Positions 24,557 to 32,000 of a DNA stretch of 32,000 nucleotides are shown here, in pieces. Position 1 is the stretch's first letter; each line of letters starts with the position of its first letter. The notes under the pieces are model-generated. The model was not told the origin of the DNA. It saw only the letters and a list, made by a program, of their open reading frames with translations, and did not search any database. The stretch is from a bacterium (GTDB lineage Bacteria > Auribacterota > Erginobacteria > Erginobacterales > DAOSXE01). The position numbers and the translations under genes are program-made. Location: assembly GCA_035380285.1 (NCBI GenBank), contig DAOSXE010000001.1:150659-182658 (forward strand). Direction: 5' to 3'.

Positions 24557-25581
24557 AAGGAACCCGCGCTAAGATGAGCAGGAAGGTATTGGTCACCGGG
24601 GGGGCCGGCTTCATCGGCTCCAATTTCATCCACTACTGGCTGGAAACCCATCCCGAGGACGAGATCGTCAACCTCGACAAACTGACGTACGCGGGAAACC
24701 CCGACAACCTCAAGGATATCGCCGACGACCCGCGCTATCGTTTCGTCAAAGGAGACATCGCCGACGCCGATACGGTCGGGCATCTCTTCGCGGAGGGGAT
24801 CGATCTGGCGGTTAACTTCGCCGCGGAAACCCACGTGGACAGATCGATCGGCGACCCGGACGACTTCATCCGGACCGACATCTACGGCACCTATGTTCTG
24901 TTGGAGGCGGCCAAGCAGAGGGGCGTGGGCAGATTCGTGCAGATTTCGACCGACGAAGTCTACGGCAGTATCGAGAAGGGCTTCAGCGTGGAGACGGACC
25001 CGTTGATGCCCCGTAACCCCTACGCGGCGAGCAAGGCCGGCGCCGACCGTCTGGCTTATTCGTATTTTGCCACCTACGGAGTCCCGGTGGTGATCACCAG
25101 GGCTTCGAACAACTTCGGCCCGTACCAATATCCCGAGAAGATGATTCCCCTCTTCGTCACCAACCTGCTCGACGGTCTTCAGGTTCCGCTCTACGGGGAC
25201 GGGCTCAATGTCCGCGATTGGCTCTACGTCCGGGACCACTGCAGCGCCATCGATGTGGTCGCGGCCCGGGGGACTCCGGGAGAAGTCTACAATATCGGGG
25301 GCGGGAACCTCCTGACCAACAAGGAGCTGACGTTCCTCATGCTCGAATTTCTGGGGGCTTCGGAGTCGATGATCCGGCACGTCAAGGACCGCGAAGGCCA
25401 CGATCGGCGTTATGCCCTCGACTCGTCCCGCCTCAATGCCCTGGGGTGGAGCCCCGCCGCCGAGTTCGATAAGGAGATGAAAGCGACCGTCGCCTGGTAT
25501 CGGGACAACCGCTGGTGGTGGGAAAAGATCAAGAGCGGCGAGTTCAGGGAATATTACCGCAGGCAGTATGCCCACCGTTGA
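24553..25581 (+). CDS. rmlB: dTDP-glucose 4,6-dehydratase
   Basis: 'KVLVTGGAGFIGSNFIHYWL', 'YKV'-type region 'PYAASKAGADRLAYSYFATYGVPVVITRASNNFGPYQYPEKMIPLFV'. Start may be the internal ATG 24574. Confidence 0.93.
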   Translation: MKGTRAKMSRKVLVTGGAGFIGSNFIHYWLETHPEDEIVNLDKLTYAGNPDNLKDIADDPRYRFVKGDIADADTVGHLFAEGIDLAVNFAAETHVDRSIGDPDDFIRTDIYGTYVLLEAAKQRGVGRFVQISTDEVYGSIEKGFSVETDPLMPRNPYAASKAGADRLAYSYFATYGVPVVITRASNNFGPYQYPEKMIPLFVTNLLDGLQVPLYGDGLNVRDWLYVRDHCSAIDVVAARGTPGEVYNIGGGNLLTNKELTFLMLEFLGASESMIRHVKDREGHDRRYALDSSRLNALGWSPAAEFDKEMKATVAWYRDNRWWWEKIKSGEFREYYRRQYAHR

Positions 25582-26467
25582 GGCGAACAATATCCTGGTG
25601 GTGGGAGCGGGAGGGATGTTGGGGGGGATGCTCCTGAAGGTCCTGGCCCGGAGCCGGAAGACGGCCGGGGTGGATATCGGCGAATGCGATATCACTTCCC
25701 CCGAGGCCGTGGCCCGCAACCTGGATATTTACCGGCCGGCCTGGGTCGTCAACGCGGCCGCTTATACCGACGTCGACGGATGCGAAGCCGATCCGGAGCT
25801 GGCCGCCCGGGTCAATGGAACCGCTCCGGGAATCCTGGCCCTGGCCTGTCGGGAGCGCGGTGTCGGGCTCGTTCATATCAGCACCGACTTCGTTTTCGAC
25901 GGCCGGGGAAACCGTCCTTATCGGGAGGGCGATCCGCCGGCGCCGATCAATGAATACGGACGAAGCAAGCTGGCCGGAGAGACCGCGGTAGAGACCGCCG
26001 GGGGCGAATGGATCGTCGTTCGGACGTCATGGCTTTTCGGACCCGGCGGGAAAAATTTTCCGGCCACGATCTGGGGCGCCGCCTGCTCCCGTTCCGAACT
26101 CGCCGTTGTCTCCGATCAAGTCGGTTCGCCCACCTCGACAACGGATCTTTCCGAAGCGGTGGCGGCCCTGGTCGACGGGGAAGGGAGGGGAGTATACCAT
26201 TTCTGCGGACTCGGGGAGTGTTCGTGGTACGAATACGCCCGCTATCTGCTCGACCTGGCGGGATCGGAGACCCGGGTCCTGCCCATTTCCAGCGCGGACT
26301 CCGGGCGCCCGGCGGTCCGGCCGGCCTATTCGGTCATGGACTGCGGGAAGTACAGCGCCCTCACCGGAAAGAAGATCCGGACATGGCAGGAGATGGTGAA
26401 AGACTACTGGCTCCGGGAGCTTGGCCCGGAGTCGGGTGTTAAACGGAAGGGAGGCACCGATGCTTGA
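25568..26467 (+). CDS. rmlD: dTDP-4-dehydrorhamnose reductase-like
   Basis: 'ILVVGAGGMLGGMLL', 'VVNAAAYTDVDGCEADPELAARVNG', 'STDFVFDG', 'YGRSKLAGE', 'WLFG'. Confidence 0.88.
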   Translation: MPTVEANNILVVGAGGMLGGMLLKVLARSRKTAGVDIGECDITSPEAVARNLDIYRPAWVVNAAAYTDVDGCEADPELAARVNGTAPGILALACRERGVGLVHISTDFVFDGRGNRPYREGDPPAPINEYGRSKLAGETAVETAGGEWIVVRTSWLFGPGGKNFPATIWGAACSRSELAVVSDQVGSPTSTTDLSEAVAALVDGEGRGVYHFCGLGECSWYEYARYLLDLAGSETRVLPISSADSGRPAVRPAYSVMDCGKYSALTGKKIRTWQEMVKDYWLRELGPESGVKRKGGTDA

Positions 26468-26669
26468 CGAGAAACTGTTGGCTATTTTGGTCTGTCCGGC
26501 GTGTAAATCGCCCTTGCGCTACGACTCCGGACAGGAACGGCTGTACTGTCTGGATCGCGACCGGGAAACCCGAGAGTTCCGCCGGGGGGAACGCTGCGGG
26601 CTGATCTACCCGGTACGGGACGGAATCCCGGTCATGCTCATCGACGAGGCCGAGGCTCCCGTTGACTGA
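26460..26669 (+). CDS. Trm112/UPF0434 (YcaR)-like small zinc-ribbon-type protein
   Basis: 'LLAILVCPACKSPLRYD...LYC...CGLIYPVRDGIPVMLIDEAE'. Confidence 0.85.
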   Translation: MLDEKLLAILVCPACKSPLRYDSGQERLYCLDRDRETREFRRGERCGLIYPVRDGIPVMLIDEAEAPVD

Positions 26670-27759
26670 ATCTTCCTCCCTTCTCCCGAAACGTCTCGCA
26701 TCGATCCGGAGCAAACTGTCCCTGGTCAAGGGGGAGTACTTTCTGGTCGCCGCCCTCGGCAATGTCGCCTACCTCTCCGGCTTCAGCGGGGATGCGGCAT
26801 GGCTGCTGGTGGGGAGGAGAAAAGCCTGGCTGTTGACCGATCCCCGTTTTTCCGAAGAGGCGGGGGAAGATCTGGCGCCGGGAATAGGCCGCTTCGGAAC
26901 CAGGGCGGGGGTCGACGATCTGGCCGCGCTCCTGAAGGATGTCCGGGCCCGTAAGCTCCTGGTGGAGGACACGGTCTCCTGCCGGGTCCAGCGGCAGCTT
27001 CTCGCGCGTTTACCGGGGTTGAATGTGGACTTTATCCCCGGATCAGTCGAGGAACTCCGTTCCCGTAAGGATTCCGGAGAGCTGTCCAAGATCCGCGCCG
27101 CCGCGGCCCTGACGGACCGGGCTTTCCTGCGGCTGGTCTCAGCGGCCGTTCCGGCGGTCACCGACCACCGCCTGCAGGCGGCGGTCTGCGCCGAGATTTT
27201 CGAAGGAGGCGGAAGTCCCGCCTTCGAGCCGATTATGGCGGTGGGAGAGAATTCTTCGCGCCCTCATGCGCGGGCCCGGGGTTTGAGCCTGGGGCCCGGG
27301 ACCATCCTCCTCTGCGACTTGGGGGCGCGTCTAGATGGATACTGCGCGGACCTGAGCCGAACGTTTTGCCTGGGGCCGCCCCCGCCGCGGTTTGAGGAGG
27401 TCCACCAGGCGGTCGCCGACGCGCAACGGACGGCCATCGACCGGCTGCGGCCCGGTCTCACGGGACATGAGGTCGACGCCGCCGCGCGCGGGCTGCTGGC
27501 CGAACGCGGCCTGGGGGACTATTTCGGGCATGGCTTGGGGCACGGCGTCGGCCTCGACATCCATGAACTGCCCCGCCTGGGTCCGGGTTCGGCCGACGTC
27601 GTAGAGGAAGGGATGGTCGTGACCGTGGAGCCCGGGGTGTATATCCCGGGGTGGGGGGGAGTCAGAATTGAAGACACGGTCCTGGTGACGGGAACGGGGG
27701 TGGAGGTCCTGACCCTTTCGGGCCAGCACCCGCCGCGTTCCGTTTCGGACCGCCGGTGA
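26662..27759 (+). CDS. M24-family aminopeptidase (Xaa-Pro peptidase-like)
   Basis: '[26 protein letters not shown]', '[21 protein letters not shown]', '[26 protein letters not shown]'. TTG start. Confidence 0.92.
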   Translation: MTESSSLLPKRLASIRSKLSLVKGEYFLVAALGNVAYLSGFSGDAAWLLVGRRKAWLLTDPRFSEEAGEDLAPGIGRFGTRAGVDDLAALLKDVRARKLLVEDTVSCRVQRQLLARLPGLNVDFIPGSVEELRSRKDSGELSKIRAAAALTDRAFLRLVSAAVPAVTDHRLQAAVCAEIFEGGGSPAFEPIMAVGENSSRPHARARGLSLGPGTILLCDLGARLDGYCADLSRTFCLGPPPPRFEEVHQAVADAQRTAIDRLRPGLTGHEVDAAARGLLAERGLGDYFGHGLGHGVGLDIHELPRLGPGSADVVEEGMVVTVEPGVYIPGWGGVRIEDTVLVTGTGVEVLTLSGQHPPRSVSDRR

Positions 27760-27846
27760 AATTTTCGTGTTCACCCCCCGGCGTCGCCGGACTATACTCC
27801 GAATGTTTCTCCGGGGGAAACGCGTGAATATCAAGGAGGAGCTTTC

Positions 27847-29166
27847 ATGATCAAGAGAATCATCGTCGGGGAATCGGGAGGACCGACGCCGGTAATCGAT
27901 TGGGAAATCTCGGGGGTGATGGACGCCGCCCAGAAAGCCGGGGTGGAAATTTACGGCATGATCAACGGTCTGGAAGGTCTTCTCAACGCCGATATCGAGG
28001 GGAATATCGTCGACCTCACGCACCTCGACCACATGGCTTTCGCTTTCAACGGGCCGGGAGCGGGGTTGAGAACGACCAGGATCAAACCCGACGAGGAGCA
28101 GTACCGGCATATCGCGCGCAACCTGGAGGCGCTGGGAATCGACGGAGTCGTGTATATCGGGGGTAACGACAGCGCCGCCCAGCTCCTGGGGCTCACCGCT
28201 CTGGCCGATGTCGCCGCCGTCCACGCCATCAAGACCGTGGACAACGATCTGCCGGTGACGCACCACAGTCCGGGTTACGGTTCCGCGGCTCTCTACAACG
28301 CCACCGCCCTGAAGAACGTCTATAACGATTTTTCTTCCTACCGGGTCTGGGGGCATTTCCGCCGGTCCGGCGAAGTGATCAAATCCCTGAGCACCGCTCC
28401 GGTGGTGATCTACCAGGTGATGGGCCGGAAGGCCGGTTGGCTGGCTCAGTCCACCGCCTTTGCCAAGGTGGACCCCAAGGGGGACATCGTCGACGAGTAT
28501 GCTCCCCATATCGTTCTCAGCAAGGAGGTCCTCTTCGACCCCGACGAATTTCTGGACGCTCTGAGCCGGGTCATAACCCGGCTGGGAGAAGCCGTGGTCG
28601 TGGTCCAGGAAGATCTGACCGACAAGGCGACCGGAGAGGCGTTGGCCAAGATCCACGCCCGGGAAGTGGTGACGGACGCGCACGGCAATATTCAGCACGG
28701 TCGCGCCGGCTCCTTCGTCCCTTCCATCTTTCTGGCCCAGTTGATCAAGCGGAATCTGCGGGTGGAGGCGGTTTCGGGGGAGATCAAGGAAGCCGCCCTG
28801 GCGCCCCAGCATATTCAGCGAAGTTACGTCATGTCCCGGCAGGATGCGTCCGAAGCCTACATGGTCGGGTTTTCGGCGGTGGAAGCGCTGCTCTCGGGGG
28901 AAAACCTCAAGTCGGTGATCCTGCAGCGGGGCGATTGCCGGACCTCGACCGGCCTCACCGATCTGGAGAATATCGCCGCCAAGGACCGCTCCGTTCCCCT
29001 CGAATACATCAACGGCCTTTACGGCCCCACCCAGGAGTTCATCGACGAGTTCATCTACCTGATCGGCGGACCGGTGGGCATTCCCCATTATTCGTCCCAT
29101 TCTTTCTGCCCGGTTCCGGTCCCCTCCGAAATCGGGTCACGGCCCTATGTAAGGGAAGGCCGATGA
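27847..29166 (+). CDS. 6-phosphofructokinase-family protein, probable PPi-dependent type
   Basis: 'GESGGPTPVIDWEISGVMD', 'VVYIGGNDSA', 'IKTVDNDLPVTHHSPGYGSA', 'VMGRKAGWLAQSTAFAK'. Strong AGGAGG-like SD upstream. Confidence 0.85.
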   Translation: MIKRIIVGESGGPTPVIDWEISGVMDAAQKAGVEIYGMINGLEGLLNADIEGNIVDLTHLDHMAFAFNGPGAGLRTTRIKPDEEQYRHIARNLEALGIDGVVYIGGNDSAAQLLGLTALADVAAVHAIKTVDNDLPVTHHSPGYGSAALYNATALKNVYNDFSSYRVWGHFRRSGEVIKSLSTAPVVIYQVMGRKAGWLAQSTAFAKVDPKGDIVDEYAPHIVLSKEVLFDPDEFLDALSRVITRLGEAVVVVQEDLTDKATGEALAKIHAREVVTDAHGNIQHGRAGSFVPSIFLAQLIKRNLRVEAVSGEIKEAALAPQHIQRSYVMSRQDASEAYMVGFSAVEALLSGENLKSVILQRGDCRTSTGLTDLENIAAKDRSVPLEYINGLYGPTQEFIDEFIYLIGGPVGIPHYSSHSFCPVPVPSEIGSRPYVREGR

Positions 29167-29726
29167 GGGAAACCATTCTCAGTTCCATCGAAGAGGGGCT
29201 CGGGGTCGTCCGCAGCCTGAAAAATCTGGCTCCGGAGATCGAGGAAGCGGCTGCTGCCATCATCGCTTCGTTGCGGGGGGGAGGAAAGGTGCTGGTCTGC
29301 GGCAACGGCGGCAGCGCCGCCGATTCTCAACATATCGCCGCCGAATTGATCGGCCGTTTCCGGCGCGAGCGTCGGGCACTCCCCGCCGTGGCTCTGACCG
29401 TCGACACCTCGATCCTGACCTCGCTCTCCAACGACTACAGTTTCGACCGCGTTTTTTCGCGCCAGGTCGAAGCGCTGGGTTCTCCCGGAGACGTTCTTCT
29501 GTTGATATCCACCAGCGGGAACTCGGCCAACCTGTCGGCCGCCGCCGCTGCCGCCGAAGCCAAGGGGTTGAAGGTCATCGCGCTTCTGGGCCGCGACGGA
29601 GGCGCACTGGCGGGGAAAGCTGGAGTCGAAATCATCGTTCCCGCCGCCGACACCGCCAGAATCCAGGAAAGCCAGCAACTCGTGTACCACATCATCTGCG
29701 ATCTGGTCGAAGCCGCCTTCTCCTGA
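29163..29726 (+). CDS. gmhA: Phosphoheptose (sedoheptulose-7-phosphate) isomerase-like SIS protein
   Basis: 'GGKVLVCGNGGSAADSQHIAAELIGRF', 'ALTVDTSILTSLSNDYSFDRVFSRQVEALG', 'ISTSGNSANL'. ATG 29163 overlaps the upstream stop. The ORF-track start at 28437 is an antisense/overlap artefact. Confidence 0.92.
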   Translation: MRETILSSIEEGLGVVRSLKNLAPEIEEAAAAIIASLRGGGKVLVCGNGGSAADSQHIAAELIGRFRRERRALPAVALTVDTSILTSLSNDYSFDRVFSRQVEALGSPGDVLLLISTSGNSANLSAAAAAAEAKGLKVIALLGRDGGALAGKAGVEIIVPAADTARIQESQQLVYHIICDLVEAAFS

Positions 29727-29729
29727 ACG

Positions 29730-30230
29730 ATGTCAGTTCCCGATCCCAGAATTCTCGGTCCCGGAGAGCTCAGGAAGCTGGCGGAGGAGGTCCAGGCCCG
29801 GGGCGGGAAGGTGGTCTTTACCAACGGTTGTTTCGATCTTCTCCACGTCGGGCATATCCGCTACCTGCGCGCCGCCGCCGCTTGGGGGGATATGCTCATC
29901 ATCGGGCTCAACAGCGACGAATCGGTTCGCCGCCTGAAGGGGGCCATGCGGCCCCTGGTCCCCGAAATGGAGCGCGCCGAAATTCTGGCGGCGCTGGAGA
30001 TGGTGGATTACGTCTGTATCTTCCCGGAGGATACTCCCCGGGAATTGATCGTGGCACTCCATCCCGATGTTCTGGTGAAGGGAGGCGATTACGTCCGTTC
30101 CCAACTGGCCGGGGCCGACGAGGTCGAAAGTTGGGGCGGCCGGGTGGTTCTGGCCGAGGAAGTGGAGGGAAAATCGACCCGCTGCCTCCTGGCCGAGATC
30201 AAGCGCCGGCAGGCCGTCGACGGGAGATAA
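29730..30230 (+). CDS. D-glycero-beta-D-manno-heptose 1-phosphate adenylyltransferase-like (RfaE2/HldE C-terminal domain)
   Basis: 'KVVFTNGCFDLLHVGHIRYLRAAAAWGDMLIIGLNSDESVRRLKG', 'PDVLVKGGDY'. Confidence 0.92.
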   Translation: MSVPDPRILGPGELRKLAEEVQARGGKVVFTNGCFDLLHVGHIRYLRAAAAWGDMLIIGLNSDESVRRLKGAMRPLVPEMERAEILAALEMVDYVCIFPEDTPRELIVALHPDVLVKGGDYVRSQLAGADEVESWGGRVVLAEEVEGKSTRCLLAEIKRRQAVDGR

Positions 30231-30240
30231 GGACCGAGGT

Positions 30241-31551
30241 ATGGAAGATATGCTTCTGATCGATTCGCTGGGCCCCTGTCGCTTTCCCTCCCCTCTGGGG
30301 CTCTCCTCGACCCGGGGGGATAAAATCGTCAATTACGTCGGGGACGAAGAGAGGATCATCCTCGACGTCGATCTGGAGACATGCCGCCGCAATTGCGGAA
30401 ATCCGCCCTCCCTGGAAAAGGCCGGACCGCGGGCGGAACTCTTTTTCGACCCGTCCGCCACCACGGCCGCCATCGTCACCTGCGGCGGGGTTTCTCCCGG
30501 CCTCAACAACGTTATCCGGGGAGTCTGCCGGGAAGCCCGTCTCCGCTACGGAGTCCGGAGTATCCTGGGGATAAAATACGGCTACGAGGGGTTGGTTCCG
30601 GAATACGGGCATCAACCGGTGGAACTTACCCCCGAAACGGTTGAAGATATCGGGCATCTGGGCGGAACCGTGTTGGGAACCTCCCGAGGCCGTCAAGACC
30701 CGGCGACCATGGTCGATTTTCTCGTCTCCCGCGGCATCGACATACTCTTCGCCGTGGGAGGAGACGGAACCTTGAAGGGGGCGCTGCAGATCTACCGGGA
30801 AATTGCGCGTCGCGGCCTGCCGATCGCTGTGGCCGGCATCCCCAAGACCATCGATAACGACATCGGGTATATGGACAGGTCTTTCGGTTTTGAAACCGCC
30901 TTTTCCATCTCCAGCATGATCCTGGAAACGGCACACAGCGAAGCGGTCTCCCATTACAACGGGATCGCCGTGGTCAAGCTGATGGGAAGGGATTCTGGGT
31001 TTATCGCCGCCAACGCGGCCCTGGCCAATCCGGTGGTCAACTTCGTGCTGATTCCCGAAATGGATTTCGATCTTACCGGCCCCCGGGGTTTTCTCGAAGC
31101 CCTGGCCCGGAGGATCGAGGAGAAACACCACGCCCTGGTCGTCATCGGCGAAGGCGCGGGCCAGAACTTTTTCCCCGAGGGGGACCGCGAGACCGACGCC
31201 TCCGGCAACGTCCGGTACCACGATATCGGGGTTCGGCTCAAGAACGAGATCGCGAAGTTCATGGAGGCCCGAGGCACCGATTTCACCATCAAATACATCG
31301 ATCCCAGCTATATCATCCGCAGCACCCCGGCCATTCCCGACGACCGCAAGTTTTCGACCCTGCTGGCCCAGTACGCCGTTCATGGAGCCATGGCCGGCAA
31401 GACCGGTTTCGTCGTGGGGCGCCTCCACCAGGAATTCGTTCACATCCCCATCCCCGCGGCCGTCCGGGAAAAGAAACGGATCGATCTGGAAAGCCAGCTC
31501 TGGCTGGATGTTCTTCAAGCCACCGGGCAGCCGGTGAACATGAAAAACTGA
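30241..31551 (+). CDS. ATP- (or PPi-) dependent 6-phosphofructokinase, long TP0108/plant-like type
   Basis: 'AAIVTCGGVSPGLNNVIRGV', 'FAVGGDGTLKGA', 'GIPKTIDNDIGYMDRSFGFETA', 'VVKLMGRDSGFIAANAAL', 'IKYIDPSYIIRS'. Confidence 0.9.
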   Translation: MEDMLLIDSLGPCRFPSPLGLSSTRGDKIVNYVGDEERIILDVDLETCRRNCGNPPSLEKAGPRAELFFDPSATTAAIVTCGGVSPGLNNVIRGVCREARLRYGVRSILGIKYGYEGLVPEYGHQPVELTPETVEDIGHLGGTVLGTSRGRQDPATMVDFLVSRGIDILFAVGGDGTLKGALQIYREIARRGLPIAVAGIPKTIDNDIGYMDRSFGFETAFSISSMILETAHSEAVSHYNGIAVVKLMGRDSGFIAANAALANPVVNFVLIPEMDFDLTGPRGFLEALARRIEEKHHALVVIGEGAGQNFFPEGDRETDASGNVRYHDIGVRLKNEIAKFMEARGTDFTIKYIDPSYIIRSTPAIPDDRKFSTLLAQYAVHGAMAGKTGFVVGRLHQEFVHIPIPAAVREKKRIDLESQLWLDVLQATGQPVNMKN

Positions 31552-31605
31552 AGCGGGTTCCGCTCCCGAACGCCGGGGGCGGGAAGCAAGCGAAGGAGCG
31601 GTTCA

Positions 31606-32000
31606 ATGAGTGTTTTAGTGGTCGGGTCGGTGGCTTTGGATACGGTGGAAACTCCGTACGGACGCGAACGGGAGGTTTTGGGGGGATCGGCCACCTATTT
31701 TTCCGTAGCTTGCAGCCGTTTCGCTCCGGTCAAGCTGGTGGGCGTGGTCGGGGACGATTTTCCGTCCTCGTCCCGCTCGTTATTGGAGAGCAGAGGAGTG
31801 GACCTGGCGGGCCTGGAAGTCGTCCCCGGGAGGACTTTGCGGTGGGGCGGGGCCTATCGGAACGACATGAATGAAGCCGTCACCGATTTCATCCACCTCA
31901 ACGTCTTCGAGAATTACCACCCCCGTCTTCCCGAGGAATATCGAGACAGCGAGTACGTTTTCCTGGCCAACATCGGCCCCGACCTCCAGATCGAGGTTCT
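31606..32000 (+). CDS. PfkB-family carbohydrate/nucleoside kinase, truncated by the window edge
   Basis: Manual translation: 'MSVLVVGSVALDTVETPYGREREVLGGSATYFSVACSRFAPVKLVGVVGDDFP...' open to position 32000 (not in the ORF track because no stop occurs). Confidence 0.85.
   Translation, partial: MSVLVVGSVALDTVETPYGREREVLGGSATYFSVACSRFAPVKLVGVVGDDFPSSSRSLLESRGVDLAGLEVVPGRTLRWGGAYRNDMNEAVTDFIHLNVFENYHPRLPEEYRDSEYVFLANIGPDLQIEV

Noticed and set aside
27778-27790. CCGGCGtCGCCGG inverted repeat between the M24 peptidase and PFK genes, considered as a terminator
   Set aside because: Loop of one nucleotide is sterically impossible without breaking stem pairs, and there is no T-tract.
27331-29100. 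589-aa minus-strand ORF antisense to M24 peptidase and PFK
   Set aside because: Covers two genes with strong sense-strand family motifs; typical high-GC shadow ORF.
28437-29162. 5' part of the 430-aa ORF ending at 29726, a possible fusion to the SIS/GmhA domain
   Set aside because: This stretch is an alternate frame of the PFK gene with Arg/Gly/Ser-rich translation; GmhA homology begins exactly at ATG 29163.
30199-31518. 439-aa minus-strand ORF antisense to the second PFK
   Set aside because: Sense strand encodes an intact PFK; antisense product has no recognisable domain.
1-32000. CRISPR array, tRNA/rRNA, transposase or phage genes
   Set aside because: No regularly spaced direct repeats, no tRNA/rRNA-like sequence and no mobile-element protein motif was recognised by eye; small RNAs cannot be excluded without covariance models.

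Overview
GC-rich bacterial chromosomal window, densely packed with mostly co-directional genes. Lineage cannot be assigned from sequence alone. Left part (1-8.3 kb): a surface-polysaccharide cluster with a flippase, three GT4-like glycosyltransferases, a WlbA-like oxidoreductase, a WlbB-like acetyltransferase, a polysaccharide deacetylase and a radical SAM/SPASM protein. Centre (8.6-14.1 kb, minus strand): a compact six-gene operon encoding a LysM lipoprotein/exported-type protein, a composite FliF(RBM3+TM)-FliG-like protein with an apparent second FliG_C torque-helix module, FlbD, MotA and two MotB-like proteins. It looks like a minimal, possibly non-flagellar, rotary or force-generating machine and is the strongest candidate for an undescribed system here. 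After it come two related beta-sandwich-rich surface proteins, a metallophosphoesterase, an exosortase, an EpsI-like protein, a polyprenyl glycosylphosphotransferase, a coiled-coil protein, a GT2, a UPF0104/LPG-synthase-TM-like protein and rmlA-rmlB-rmlD. The right end has a UPF0434-like protein, an M24 peptidase, two different phosphofructokinases flanking gmhA and a RfaE2/HldE-C-like gene, and a PfkB-family kinase cut by the window edge. No rRNA, tRNA, CRISPR array or mobile element was recognised.
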